Shown: positions 33,194 through 48,200, numbered from the stretch's first letter. The stretch: 64,000 bases of DNA from Paraspadella gotoi (GCA_051294375.1 JBJCIZ010000239.1:5429656-5493655), one strand, 5' to 3'. A program made the numbers and translations. Notes: generated by a model from the letters alone, not told the origin.

Positions 33194-35477
33194 CAGAGAG
33201 AGAGAGTGGGCCATTTTTTCGTCCCCGTCATGAATTGGGGCGGGGATATGCCGGGATGATATCCCCGGCGAAGGCCGCCGTGGGGCGTAGTTGCGGTGAA
33301 CTTATAGTTAGCTTCCCTGAAACTGCGCGAAGTTTGACAGTTTAAACTGCAATGAATTGGCCCGCGTAATATCTCGAGACATCATCAAAATATTAAAAAA
33401 AGAATTATACTCTGTGTAGACAACTTTTGATAAGCTATTTGAATCTTCTTTTAAAAATACAAAATTTTAAAAAAATTTACATTTCCTATCTATAAATAAA
33501 TATTAACAAATTAATTACTAGTGCTTCTTGCCATGTTAGAAAATTTTGGTTCATTAAAAGTTTTCTCAAAAATGTATGAAGTTTCATTTGGGAAGGTTCC
33601 CAAATCAAACTTCTGACCCACACCATTGACTAAGTTTGCCTCTATTGTGATATCAATAATTGTAAACTACGAAATAAATATATAGATAGCATTAGTTGAC
33701 TTTTGTTATTATTTTGACAACTCTTTTGATCTCTTCTTTCATCATTTTTTCACTTTTCCTTTTCTCTTTCTTTCTTTATCACTTTCTTTCTTTTTCTCTT
33801 TCTTTCTTTTTTTTTCTCTTTTTTCTTTCGCTTTTTCTTTCCTTCACTCTCATTCTGTATCTTCCCTTCATTTCTCTTTCTAATAACCTACACCTGTAAA
33901 AATAAATATAGTATTAAAAAAAAGGTTTTTACCTAATCGCAGTCATTTCTCATTTGCTAAATAACCATTTCTAAAAAGTCTGTCTCAATTCAATTGGCCC
34001 AAATAATAGGAAAGAAACAAAGACTCTTACATGTTCTTTTTTTGTAATAAAATCCATTGATTTGTTAAAGGTTATGAATCATTCAAGTGCGTGATGGGAG
34101 AGATTCCACAAAGCATGCACGTAATCAAGTTTTCGGTTTTTTTTGGAATACCAACATGCCACTTATGATTTTTTGCAATGAAAATTTTTTTAAAAAAAAA
34201 TATTTTCATGCTTTCAAAAAACTCCCGCGTAATGATAAGAAGTAATCCCATGAAAAACAAGAAAAAAAAAAGCAGAAAAAGCAAATAAAAAACAAAAACA
34301 AAACTGGAGGATAACATCAAAAATTCAGCGTGTTTGCTTGGTTTTGTTATGAAGAAATCAGAAAGCCGACTGTATGCTTTTTGTATCATTTCAACATTAT
34401 GAACAACAATGTATAAATTTTCGAGGTAAACATAGTTTAAGCGCCAAAAATCTATCCCTGTTATTGTATAGCTATGTTATTTTTATTGATTCCGTTTTTT
34501 AAAGCAATGTTTGAGCGGCACTTTAAATTATTTAAGCGCAACTATAAAGTGACTATAAAAAGCAAATAGTTTTTTTTTTGCCATGGAGTAACTGTATCAG
34601 AAGCTCTAAAATAACTTTAAGAATAGACTCAAAATAAAATTATGATATAAGATCAACACTAGACCCAATAAATTTAATGCCAAAAGCATATTAATTAATT
34701 AATTCACAGAAATTAATTCTCTCCGACGCCGATACAAATTTTCTCTTCAGTAAAAAAGTGATAATGAAAGGGAATCTTTGAAATTCACTACGAAATCGTT
34801 AAAATAAAAAAATCCCAAATATAACTCATTGTAAAACTAATTGAAAAGGAAACATGGAGCAACCTACTGAGAAAAAAAAACACGCTGTTTCTTCTCGAAC
34901 GGAATAAGTTTGTATAAATGTCAACCAAATTCATATTTCATTTAGATTCATTTATTTTTAGACGAGAATATGAAAAAAAAACAACAGACAAACGAAAAAA
35001 TATTATGTAAAAAAAAAAGTAAAAGAAAATGATCAACGAATATTATTCTGGGATATATTAAAACGAGCGAACTTGGTGCGAAACACGAATTGGGGGATAG
35101 AAGAAAATAAAAAAAAAAGGGGGAAATTTTCTTGGAAATTTAAAACTCCTTATGTCTTTTGTTTTTGTTTTTTTTGTGATTAGAAATTTAAAGGGGGGGG
35201 TAAAAGGATTGACATTTTGTTTGTTTGTTTGTTTATATTTACAAATTCGAGAGAAAAGAGAATGAAAGATAATTCGAGGCGGTGATTTATTTATTTTTTT
35301 TGTTTTTTTAATTTCGTTCCGTTTCGTCATTTTTTTTCTGTTTTTTTTTGTTTTGTTTTAATGGTTTTGTTTATTTATTTTTGGGTTTTTTTGGGGTTTT
35401 TTTTAAGGGGAAGAGGAGGAGGAAGAGGAGTGGGGGACGGCAGCTGGCGGGGTTCGCGTCTCGTGATTCCTATTTTT

Positions 35478-35522
35478 TTATTGATCTCGTTGTGATGATT
35501 CCGAGTTAAAGTCACCTTTTCC
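35478..35522 (-). CDS. ANK2: Ankyrin last coding exon ([14 protein letters not shown])
   Basis: catccctccag acceptor, phase 0, TAA at 35480-35478. Confidence 0.65.
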   Translation of the reverse strand, partial: GKGDFNSESSQRDQ

Positions 35523-35623
35523 CTGGAGGGATGATGGAGAGAGAGTAGGAGGACGAAGCCGGTTAGATAATTACGGGAAATAAATTTAACTGCTCAGACA
35601 AAAGGAGAGAGAGAGAGAGAGAG

Positions 35624-35671
<48 letters not shown>

Positions 35672-35775
35672 TGAATTTATTCAATGGGCTTTAGGCACAA
35701 AATAAAACAATAGGCCATAAAAAGCTACTTCATTACATTTAAGTCTACGAATTTAGGCATTCATCATGAAATCTT

Positions 35776-35865
<90 letters not shown>

Positions 35866-36152
35866 CAATACAGCACCCGAATCTCCACCTTACCAACAAG
35901 AAAGGGACATCCCCCCACCACCCCGCCCCAAATCTCCCCCACCCCTTTCCACCCACCTCGACGAAGTTGTCGATGATCTCCTTCATCGCATCCTCACCTC
36001 CACCAGCTCCTCCAACTCCCCCGCCCCCCCTTCCTCGCTGCTCCACCCTCGTATCCGTCGTCACCAAAGTTTCTTCTTTTCCGTCGCGAAGGATCGTTTT
36101 TTTGTGGACTTTTTTCTTGACGACGACTCTGAGAGGGGGAATAATATTATTA

Positions 36153-36226
<74 letters not shown>

Positions 36227-39200
36227 GTTATCATTATTGTGATTCTACTCTTTAACTAGGATATAAGTCGAGTTATTACTTTATAAAATGATTGGAGTGC
36301 ATTGAAAATTTTTTGTACTCTAGCTGGTTAGTTAAAAAAAATTGCGAATAAAAGCAAATTAGATTTTATTTCATGGTAGCCAACGCATAAAACATTGAAA
36401 ATCATGTCATATCAAAAAGAAAAGTTGTAGGAGGCATGTTATATTATTATTTATATTATTAATCACCTGGTATCATTTATTTTTCCGTCGCTTGATGTCA
36501 ATGTAGTTTCCTCTGTAACGACCTCTGGTTTTAATTCTGCGAGTGAGCAAACAATTTGTTTTATAAATTTTTATCATTTTTTATCAACAATGACTTTGTA
36601 ATATTTAATTCATATATTTTTTTAAATTTTTATTATCTTTGAACTCATGAATTCGTAAAATTATTTAAATAACTGATGTGAAAAAATGTAAAGAGCAGTG
36701 TTCAAGTAAATGTTCATGCTTCTTATATGATTTGTAAAGGATTAGATCAGATACATATATCTTTATTAAACTAAAATGACTTATTTCATATGATAAAGAT
36801 AAAAGATATAAAATCTTTAATGACACTGACAAAAACTGTTTTTCTTTCTTTTTTCAACAATAATTTTTTATTTTTAATATCAGGGTTAGGGTTATATATA
36901 ATTTTTCCATCAAAGGGGTAACAATGTTCGAAAAGCTATACTTTGACACACCAACATATATATTTAAATACACAAATGATAGTTTGTATCATTACTAAAA
37001 TTTTGTGTCTGTTTTTTTTCTACATAAAACTTTGGCTGAGTTCTATATCTTAAAATATTTTTTTATGAAATACAAACCATAGCCAAAGAATTCCTAAAAG
37101 AAGCTGCTATAGTGAACTACATCAGACTAAAAAGTTAGCATTTTGAATTTTTTATATTCATTATTAATCCTTCTCATTATGACTTAGATATACAACATAA
37201 AACAGGTATTATCATTTTTTTGAAAGAACGGTTTAAAAATATTTTAATGCAAGTACTTTTAAATTTTAGGTTTTACATTAAATTTTAGATGCATGCTGTG
37301 AGTTTAAAAAGCACATGGTAGTTTAATTACTCTTTCTTAACATTATGTAAAGGTCTTGATATTCCAAGGTATTTAAATAACATTTAAATAATCTCAAATT
37401 TCATATGCACCATCACATTTTTAGGTGATCATGAAATTGGTAAAACCAATATAAAAATTATCCATTCGTTTAATAAATAAGCTATCTTGTTCCTGACTTT
37501 GGACTGGCTTTGGTGGTTTAAGGCCTCTATCATTCTTATAAGATAATGACATAGCAGGTCCTTGCAAGCTTTCAATCAAGACTCTCTCACAGTCTCGTTA
37601 ATTCACTCCCAGAGTACTTGGCTTTCCTATCAATGAAGTGATATAATGTTTTAAAGAATGTTTCAATTGTATGAAAATACCACTCCCTTAAGTATTAGAT
37701 CGGGGAATACTATATTGTACTCCGCCCAGCATCAAAATACAAGCAGCTGAATTTTATAAAATACAGCAAGAGAGATTTTTTGTTTAATTATGAATGAGAC
37801 AGTATATCCGACTGACAGACCAACAAAAAGGCGTACATAAAAACTAATTTGAATATGGAATAGTATTTTAGGTATCCTTAGGAATATTTATAAAATTTTA
37901 AATGCTTTAAAAGTAAAATAAATTATTAAACGAGGACTTAAAGAACCAATTAGAAGAAATTGTGTTGATTTAAAAATTGAACTAAATATAAGAAATAAAT
38001 ACGATCAAAATATTCATTTATAAAATAAGGTAAGAGAGTCTTGAAGAGAGACTTGAACCCTAATAAATAATTGTACTTTTATTTATACTTATTTTTTTTT
38101 TTTTTTGACAAAGCTTTTTATAAAAACCTTATGCAAGGTATGTAGGTAAAAAAATTATTGAGAAAAAAAATTATTAGTCGAACGGGTCTGTTTAGCCTAA
38201 AAAGTATGTTTCTGTCAAAAAGTATAAATAAAAGCTCACTTACCACTGATTTTCATTGATTCCTTAAGGGTAAAAAAAAAATGAATTCTAATCATAAGAA
38301 AATTTTAAAATATTATTTATATAATATATAAAATACAAACTTATAAAAGATCATAGAAAATACCTAATAGTTATTACATATCAATTATAAAAATCGAATA
38401 TTTAGAGATAACAAAGTTTTATATGTTACAAGTATAAAAGTTGATAGACCGATGCGGGTCGTGACTTTACTTCTGGTTAGAATAACTATTTTATTTCACA
38501 TAATCGGACATGTTTTGACTCTTTGATTTTTTGAGTGATTTTTTTATCCGCGCGAAGTGAAAAATTAGTTGTAAAACTCATTCTCTCTCTTTCTTCTTTA
38601 AATATTTGCGCTTGTGAAGTCTTGTAAAAATTAGAGTCGGAACATGTCTAAATATGCCTTAAAAATTTTTTTCTTTTGTTTTAATTTCTTTACATTAAAA
38701 ACAAAAGAAAAAGAAAAGAAAAGAATTTTATATTATATTATATATTATTATATTATTTTTATTATTCTACAAACAAATCACAGATGTTCCGCTGTTTATC
38801 TTCAAACTTTGGACATTTTATTATCAGCATGGAAAAAACTTTCTATTTATCAGTTTGTAATAGTAAGTTTATTTAATTAAATCAGTTGAAAATATGACCA
38901 TTTTATTTTCTATTTATCTATGTACATTGCTTTCTTATTCATTAGAAACACTTTTCTTACCTTTCATTCCATCTTTCACCTCATCTTCCAGTCTTGACTG
39001 TTTTAAATCTGAAAGAATAATTACTTCTTTTAATAAAGAAAACTAAAGGAAAAAAAAGACCTTATAAAAGAAAAACTATGTCGCATTTGAATTTGCTTAA
39101 ATTTGCTTAGATAATATAAGCCCTAATATTATTTAGATATGAATGTAACTTTTAAGATCATTTTCATATTATTTCCTATCATTAATTTCACAATCATTCA

Positions 39201-42200
39201 TTAAAAATTGTTTTATAAGGTCTTTTAAAAAATCTATTCATAAAAAACAATTTATGATTAGGTAATTTGTTTATCATATATTTTTAAAAGTTTTTTAACT
39301 AATTTGTTGCATACAGTAAGAGTAGTAATTAAATAGAAAAAAAATTTAAATTTTGTTAAAAACATGAATTTTTATTACTTGATCCTAAATAAAATTCTCT
39401 TACTGTATATAACAAAATAGCTTACCAGTTTTACTGTTACTTAAATCCCTCAATCCAGCACCGGATCCAATATCTAATTCTTTAGTTTTAAAATCGTTTT
39501 CTGTTTTTGAAAGATCATCTTTTTTAAGAACTACAATATTTTCATTAAAAGGAATTTCTTTTTCTGATTGCTCTAGAGAAATATCACTTCCACAAAGAGA
39601 ATCATGCTCAATACTATGTATTTTTCCACCAGTAGCTATCATTAATGAATCTGTAGAAAAATCGCCTTTGATGATACGTTCTGCCACACTTTCATCAAGA
39701 GAATCTTTTTGATGTTTTTCACTTTGGTTGCTCATATTAGATAATGAAGAATTATCTAGTTGTTTAGAAAATCTTTTATCTGTTACTAACATACTGGAAT
39801 ATTCGTTAAATTTAGAATCAGGCAAACTTCCATGTATTGAAGTAGACATATTGATATAACTTCCCTGAAGAGAATCTAACTCTATGTCCTCTTCTGGTTG
39901 ATTTTTATATTCTGATTCATTAAGTTCAAGAGAGTCTGCTGACTGGATCATCGGATCCTGATCATCTATTTTAGAAATATTGTTCGAAGCAATTCCGTCT
40001 AGAGAATCCATCATTAGTTTTTGTGGTAAGGGATTAAGTTCTAAAGAATCTGTTGATGTGATAAAAATATTACTAATATTAATTTCTTTTAGGTTAGAAT
40101 CTTGTCTTGGAAAATTGTAATCGGTTCCTTCTAAAGAATCAATAGAAGTGATAAGGGCATTTTCTTGATTTGAAGCACAAAGGGAATCAGCAGAAACAGT
40201 CATCATGTTATCTTCTCGCAAAGAATCAGTAGAGATTATCAAAGAGTTTGACTCTTTAATTTGGGATGAAATCATAAAGTTTTTTATATTATTAACTTCA
40301 ATATCATATTTTTCTTCACCTGAATTTATGTCAATGGACATTTCTTCTTCCTCTTCAACCGGTTTTTTTTCTGTGTCTGGTGAACTTAGAGAATCTTGGT
40401 CCATAGAAATATCTGGTTCTGATATTGGAGACATTTCTGGTTTGGCTTGTATTTTATCTTTAGGCTTGGCAGGCAAAATTAAATCCTGGTGATCTTTAAA
40501 AACATTTATTCTTTGCATTTTACTACTATTGTCCTTGTTAAACTTTTCAATTTGATCCTGGTCATAAGTTTTTTGATTCGTACTAGATATGCTACTGAAC
40601 TGAGATTTAAAATTTTCTGAAACAATTTCACTTTCCAATTTTTCAAATTCTTGTAGAGATGATAAAGAACCAAATACAGCAGAGGGAGGCAATTTAGTAT
40701 TTTTGCTTGGATCAATATTCATAAAATTTTCTGAATCTGTCATTGAGTTTTCTTCAAGATTTATTGCATGTTCAATGCTTTCAAATTCAGCTAACGAACC
40801 TTTGGAGGAAATTGAACAAATTTCATCAAATTCCTGTTGAATATCTGATTTTGGAATCTGATTTGGCAATGTAGATGTGGTGAGATTTGATTCTGACCTT
40901 CTTGTTTTGGAAACAACATCTTTATCACAGACTAGTTGCTTTGAAAAATCACAAAAAAGAAAACTGTTTGGTTTAACAACCTCATTTTCATTTTTTTGGT
41001 TATCTAATGACGAATCATTTGTACTTATTCTGAAAGCATCATCTGGAATAGGGGAAAGAGGTCTATCAATAGAAACATTTTCTTGGTGAGATAATAAAAG
41101 TAAGCTCGCACCATGAAAGGGTTGACAAGGAACAGACTCTGGCCGACTTGAAGCCCTGAGTTCGGCATCTGGGTGAACATCGGTTGAAGATTCAGAATGT
41201 GGCCTGGGATAACTAATTTCATTTTTGCAATTGTCAATGTCTGATTCAACTTCAAATAACATCTGAAGCTCTGGTTCCATAGAACCTTGATTAGCCAAAT
41301 AAGGTTTATGCTCCAAAGTATCAGTTTCAGACAATATAAATGTTTTTTTCTTAACTGAACCTTGTTTTAAATCAGATTCTGTCTGTTTATTATGATCAGA
41401 TAATTTTAATAAAATTTGTTCTTTTTTATTTTCTTGAAGTTTTTCAATATTAGCTGAATTAGAACTTTCAATATTCAAATTGCTCAATTGGACATCATTG
41501 ATTTCTTTGGCAAAGTGATCCAAGGGTTTGCCACTTTGATTGAAAATAGATGTCTCTACCTTTTGTGAGGAAACTGTCACCTTGTTATTGCTTATAGCAT
41601 TAGATTCTGGCATTTCATCGGATGGGGTTTCAATGTCATACAAAGTATGTGAAGAAGAAACCATGGGGTCGGCTTGTTCACAATGAAGACCCTGAAGTTC
41701 ATCGGTTGCAATTGCAGAACTATCAGAGAGCTGCAATGCATGTGAATCTACTGATATGCCCTCCATTTGTTGTAGGGATCCTGTGGATATTGGACTGGTA
41801 GAAAAAGAAGTAGAATAAGGAGGTAAAATATGACTGTCTGTATTGAGAGTAGTCTTACCATTAGGCAACTCAGTTTCAGAATTATTTTTGTTATCCTGAC
41901 CAGATAAAAAAGAGCCCATAATATTTTTTTTATTTAAATTTCTTATATTTTCGTTTTCTTTGATACAAATTGAGCCTTCAAAATGTTTTTTAAAACTGCT
42001 TTTAGTTTCATAAAAATTTTGATTTAGAATCTGACCATCTTCATCTGACTCAAATGATTCCTCCCTAATAATTTCTAGACTTTCCCTTTCACCTATACCT
42101 CCACCTATAGCCTTTTCTTGAAGCCCTGTTGCACCTGAACATTTCTCACTATCTCTGAGTAGCAAATACTCTTCATATCCTTCAAGATCATCCATACAAA

Positions 42201-45200
42201 TTATCTCAAAGGGTGAACAGGGCTTATTTACTAAAAAAGGATCAGTTTCCTTGGGTGAATCATCACTAACATCAAGTATATTTGCATTACTTTTTGCAGC
42301 ATCATAAGCTCTATTGGGAAGCAATGACATTAATTCTTCTTCTTCATCGTCATCAGTAAAGTTTTCTGTAACGGCTCCCTCACTTGAAATATCTGAGACC
42401 AAAGACTGTCGTCTGATTTCTAAATTGGAAATTCCTAGCGAGGTTGGAACACTAATGCCATCAGATTTCTCAACAAGTGTACTTTCAGGTTTTTGAATAA
42501 TCTTTGGAGCAATATCATCTGTTATGGTTAAATCATCCGGTCCATCTAATAATTCCGAATTCTCAACAGTTTTAAGATGGCCAGAATCAACATCAGGCGT
42601 AATTGAAGCTGCTGAATGTTCCTGGGACTCAACAGAATGGTACAATGTGGAAGATTCAAAAGAAGAATTCATAGAGCGAAAAGGTGTGGAATCAGATTCT
42701 GCAGTTGAAAGGTTTGTCATAGCAGATTCATACATAGAACTTCTTGGAGATGATACAGATGAAGCGCAAGATTGGTAAATTGAAGAACTGGAAACCTTAC
42801 CATTTTTTTCTGATACCGAAAAAGAATCAGAATCTTGGGTCAAATGATGTATGCTCGAAGTTTCTTCACTAGATTGTTTTGAAACAAATTTTTCCTCCAC
42901 ACTTTCAATAGTTTTGCTGTCTGTTGTAATTTTGCTGAAAGCTTTGGAATCAACTTCCAAAATCTTTTTTTGATGCTCTAATGATGAACTTTTTTTTTCT
43001 ATAGTTTGACAGTTGCTCAAATTAACTGCTGTATAATCATATTTATTCATAGTATCTTTTGAAATACTCTTAATATTATTTTTGTTTAAAACATTTAAAT
43101 CTTTTTGAATCAATTGATTTTGCTCTATTTTAGCAACTGAATTATCTGATTTTTCAATCTTTATTTCTTCTGTTGTATTTTTTTCAAACATGCTTTGACT
43201 ATAACAATTTGATTCTTGCAAACTTATACTATAATTTTCTTTTTTTTGGTCTTTAGATGAGATTTTAATACTCTCATCCTTATTTATATTTTTTATTGTA
43301 CCATTCACAGAATCTTCTTTTTTGTGTATCTCTCCTGTACCAATTACATTTATTTTAGAAGTTGTTATATTATCTAATTGTTCTATTGTGGATAATGATT
43401 CACTTAAACTTTCAAATGATTTTTTTGACTCTTGTGAAGGACTTTCATTTATAGGTGATAAAGCTTTGTGACTCATAGGTAATAGATTCTGTTCAATATT
43501 CTTATTATTTGAGGTATTTTCAGTGTTTTCAGATTGCAATACATCATCAGTTTTATCTAAACTTTCAAAAGCATAATTGTCATAACATTGTTCATTGTTA
43601 CCTTTGGTAAAAACGTTATTTAAAACTTCTGCATATTCTGATTTCTCTAAACTGCTATTCAAATTTGCTACTTGATTTTCAGGTATAGACTGTTTTAGCA
43701 CATTAAACTGAGGTTGATACTGATTATGATCTTTGTGCTCTATTGCAATCTTTGGCAAAAATGTTTCATGCTTTGGTGAATCAATTGGAGATTGAATTGG
43801 TGACGGTAAGTCAACAACTTTATATGTTTCCCCAGTCAGTAATTCTTCTTTATATGATATTAAAAATGTTTAGACGAATTGTAATAAAATTAGATATTGG
43901 ACCATTTGGGAGCAGCAAGAAAAAAGAATGTGAAAGAGATGGCATAAAAAGGTTTTGTAATTGAATGCAATCTTCTCATTTTTCATATAAATCCAACTGG
44001 ACAGTTTGACATAAAATTTTATTTAAAATACTAAAAATATACTTAATATACAAATGAATAGGATAAAACGAGGCGACAAATGTACTTTTGGTTCAACCAA
44101 AATCTAAAAATACTGTTACTCTTTTAAATCTTTTACATAGTAACCCTTAAAAAAAGCATGTGCAGTGCAAAGTTGGTTGAAGCAATTTTAAACATCATAA
44201 AGCTAAATATATTTGCTGTGCATTATGTCCATATATTTTTTTTAAATCAATAAGAGAAAAAGTTCGTTCTGTAACCAGGATTGGCATGTCAAAAAAACTC
44301 TGAACTATCTTTCATAAGAATGTTATAGAATGTTTAATAAGATTTCTTTCACAAATGTCCAGATCAATTTTAAATATTGAAGATTGCAATGATGCAACTG
44401 GCATTTTTATCTCATCTCTTTTAGATATAAGATTGAAGCTGGATAAAAAAAAATCAAGGAGAATACATAAATGCTAGGAAAATCATACAGTAGATGCATG
44501 ATTTGTGTAATAAGTGCAAAAACTTCAAAACAAAAACTTTCAGTAACATGCAATTCATTTGAATTTCTGTGAGTAAAGCTTTCCTTGGATGATTAAATTT
44601 TAAGATTTAAAATTTTTCTATATTTTAAATAAGTCGTAAAAGTATTATATGAAAAATTAAAAAAATTTAAACAATGAATTACCGAACTTTTGTTTGTATA
44701 CTTTTTTTTATTATTTTATAACTTTTAACTTTTTATTCTTAAATAAAATCAAGTGCCAAGCTTTACTAAAAAAAATTATCTTTCAGCCCATCCTAATGCT
44801 GTATAAATAAAAAAAATATATTTTTAAATAATTTATTAGTAAAACTAAAAAAGCCAAAATAGTTCCTGTAAAAAATTAAAGGCACATTGTAAAAATCTTA
44901 TCAAACATTCTTCATGAGTTAGGGTAGGAAAAATATACCATGTATCAAAGCGACAGCCATTGAAAACTTGGAAGGAGCTTGACATGCCCAACACTGATCT
45001 TTATGTTTTATTTCAGGTAAATGTGCTTAAAAAATTTATAGGACAGGCATATAAAAATCGAATTTATACATTTTTTTTGTATAACTTGACACCTTCAGGA
45101 TTCAGTAAATTAAAATGAATAAGCAGAATAAATATAACTAAAATTATTAAATAATTCTAAAATAAAACTATGAACAAGCAAACAAAGAGGAACTCCATGT

Positions 45201-48200
45201 TCAAAAATAATTATATTATATACAGTTGTTTTAGATTGCAAAAAAATATTAGTATGCTTAAACAGTTCTGACTAAAAACTAAACCCATAACTGCAGATTG
45301 TTAAAAAGAAAAAAAATATTGATAGCCAAACAATCAATATTGTCATACTGTTTTTGAATCACCTGATTTAAACTTTAAAAAACTAATTGCGGATTAAAAA
45401 ATATTTGACATCATCTAATAATTTATTCATTATTTACTTAATTTGGTAAATGATTTAGCCCACAATTTTGTCTATTTTTAGATAAAAATAACGTTTAAAT
45501 ATCTTATTATAAAAATATTATTAAGCCTTATGCCATTTTAATGAGTATCATTAAGAATTATTTATCAAAAAATTTTTAAATAAAAAAATTAACATATATT
45601 TGGGTAAAAAGCCTTAACTAATTGGTCATAACTATGGCATATATAACACTTAACTAATATATTTATTTCTAAAAACATAATTAGAATAAATAGTTTTACT
45701 TTATTTTTAGTATATTATTTTATCCCTTCAATACTGTATAACTCAAGAAGCAGATCTTTAGTCAGAACTAAATATATTTATACAATAAAAAACCCAATCA
45801 TAAAAACAAAAGATTATCAAAATTAGGGCCTAAAGGAGTCAAGATAAAAAGCCCAATCAATTTAAAAAAAAACACGTTTAACATGCAATGGAAAACAAAG
45901 GCCAGATACACTTTTTTTGCTATTATTACATTATAAGAAAATGTTTTATAAACCAGTATCATGGCTTTTGGGTTTAGAATTGAAGTCAAAGTGAATTATA
46001 TACTCAAATACAATTAAAACTAACTTTGACAACAATAGACAAACTGAAGCGCCACTGAGTAGCTATAACAAGAAGCATAAGCTTTATTACCTGAAACTTT
46101 TTTATTTGAGTGACCTATCTCGGTAATTTCTGGTCCAATCATCCCCAACATTAATGTAGGGGACGATGAATCATGACTTGCTTCAGCAGCAGAACCTGTA
46201 AAACTTTGGTCTTCTGGCCCAGTCGGTAGGACAATTTCTTCAAAAGGATATTCTTTCCCTTTTTGCAAACTTTGATGCATAATTTTTTCTTTTCCTAATT
46301 CATCTTTAATAACCACAGATTTAGTAACTTTTCTTTTAACTGTACCATCAGCGGTTTCCCAGCTTTCAATTCGTTCAGTACATATTTTTGCAGCATCTTC
46401 AGAGGATTTTAAATCATCATCTCCAGAGGATGGAGAGAGAGCAGACATTGCTGCATCTGCTGCAACACATGGTCCTGAGATAAAATTAAATTCTGATGAA
46501 TCAGGTTTTGAGTGTTGAATTGATGCAATCCCATCTTTTGAATCACCAACTGATGGCTGACCCCTGTTCAGAACATCACTAATTTCCTCCTCAAGGTCAC
46601 CTCGAGGAGAACTTCGGATTTCTTTTCCATCACCTTCCATGCTACCACCAATTGATTCTCCCCCAGCTCCAGAGGTAGATGAAGAAGCTGGAATAGAAGC
46701 TACCTCATCAAGACTATCCTGTTTAGTTCCAGAACTGCTCGCAGTAAGTCCATCTTTGCTTGTAGAAGCAACTTTAGCAATATCTTCTCGTTGAGCTTGT
46801 AGTGCAGCCATATCTTCCAGATCAATTTCTGAAGAGGTTCTTGTTGAAAATTCCACTTCCATTGAAGACTGAGGATGAGCTTCCATTTTATGATAAGCAA
46901 CATCAATCTGTTCTTTTGAAAGTCCTGGTTGGCAAACAGAACCAGGTTTTTCTTTCACCCAATCTGATAACCTATAATACTGTTCTTGATCTTTTGAGGG
47001 CATAGATTTTACAGTTTCTTTCACAAAAGCCTCATTAATAAGTTGTTTTGATGTTTTATCAACATCCAAATCAGGACGAATCAAATTTTTTTCTAAAGTA
47101 ACACTGTCTTGACTAGTAGATTTTTCTTTTTCCTTTAAATCATCCTGCATTTTTTTCTCAACATCTTCAGGTGTATCAGGTGTCTGTCTAAATTCTAAAT
47201 GACCAGAATTAAATGGGTGAGCGGATTCAAATGGAACTTCTTCATATGTTTCTTGAGCAAACAACTGCGCTCTTTGAAGCTGTGGACTAGCACTACTGAT
47301 TTCACATGCAACATGGAGAGTCTCTGAAACATCAGGCATTATGTTTTCAGTTTTTTTTAACTGTTCTTGTTCTCTGGCAATTATTTCTCTTGGTACACAA
47401 GGAGTTTCATCTGGAGAAAACGGTTCTTCAGAAGAATTAGAATGTTGCTTCATACTTGAGGATTTGGAGGACTTGTTTAATCGCTGATACATTTTGGCTT
47501 GTTCATCAAATAACCTTTGCTCTTGTTCCACTTTTTTTTCAAAAAGATTTAGACGATCAGATACTTTAACAGGTATATTTTCATCAATGCTCTCTTGAAT
47601 GTGACTAATATTTTCTTCAGCTTTTTCATCTTGCTTGGGCACTTTAGGTTGTGACATTTTGACGTCTAATGATTTACCCAATTTATGAATCCGATCAGAA
47701 ATCGAGAGATCAGTTTGATCATCAAAATCTTTATAGTCGTCATTTTCTTTAGATTTTAAGGTTACATGAGGCTCTTTCAATGGTCTCGATGCAACAACAT
47801 GAGACAAGCTTTGTCCAAGTTTAGCTACTCTCTCTGAGATTGAAAGATTTTCTTCTTCAACTTCAGCCTCTTCTTCAGTTGGTATATCTTTTTTACGGGA
47901 TTGCAAAACAATTGCCATCTCATCCATTACATTCTTATCAAGTATCGCTTTTTTTGATGAACCTCTTTTTGGTTTAATAAGACCTTCCTCTAATTTTTCC
48001 TGAAAAGTCAAGATGACTTAATTTAAGGTAAATATTATTAAGAATAGGATATAAATTTTCCTAAAGTCTAACTATCACCTCAAAAGGACCCGATTTTTCA
48101 ACATCATTTGAGATTGTTGTTACTATCACATCTGTGAGTTTAGGAAGTTCCTCTGCTTGTTCTATTAATCATTAAAAATAATATTTATCAAAATATTCAA

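Noticed and set aside
40205-42778. + strand ORFs antisense to the giant exon
   Set aside because: Shadow frames of the long - strand ORF with no independent signals.
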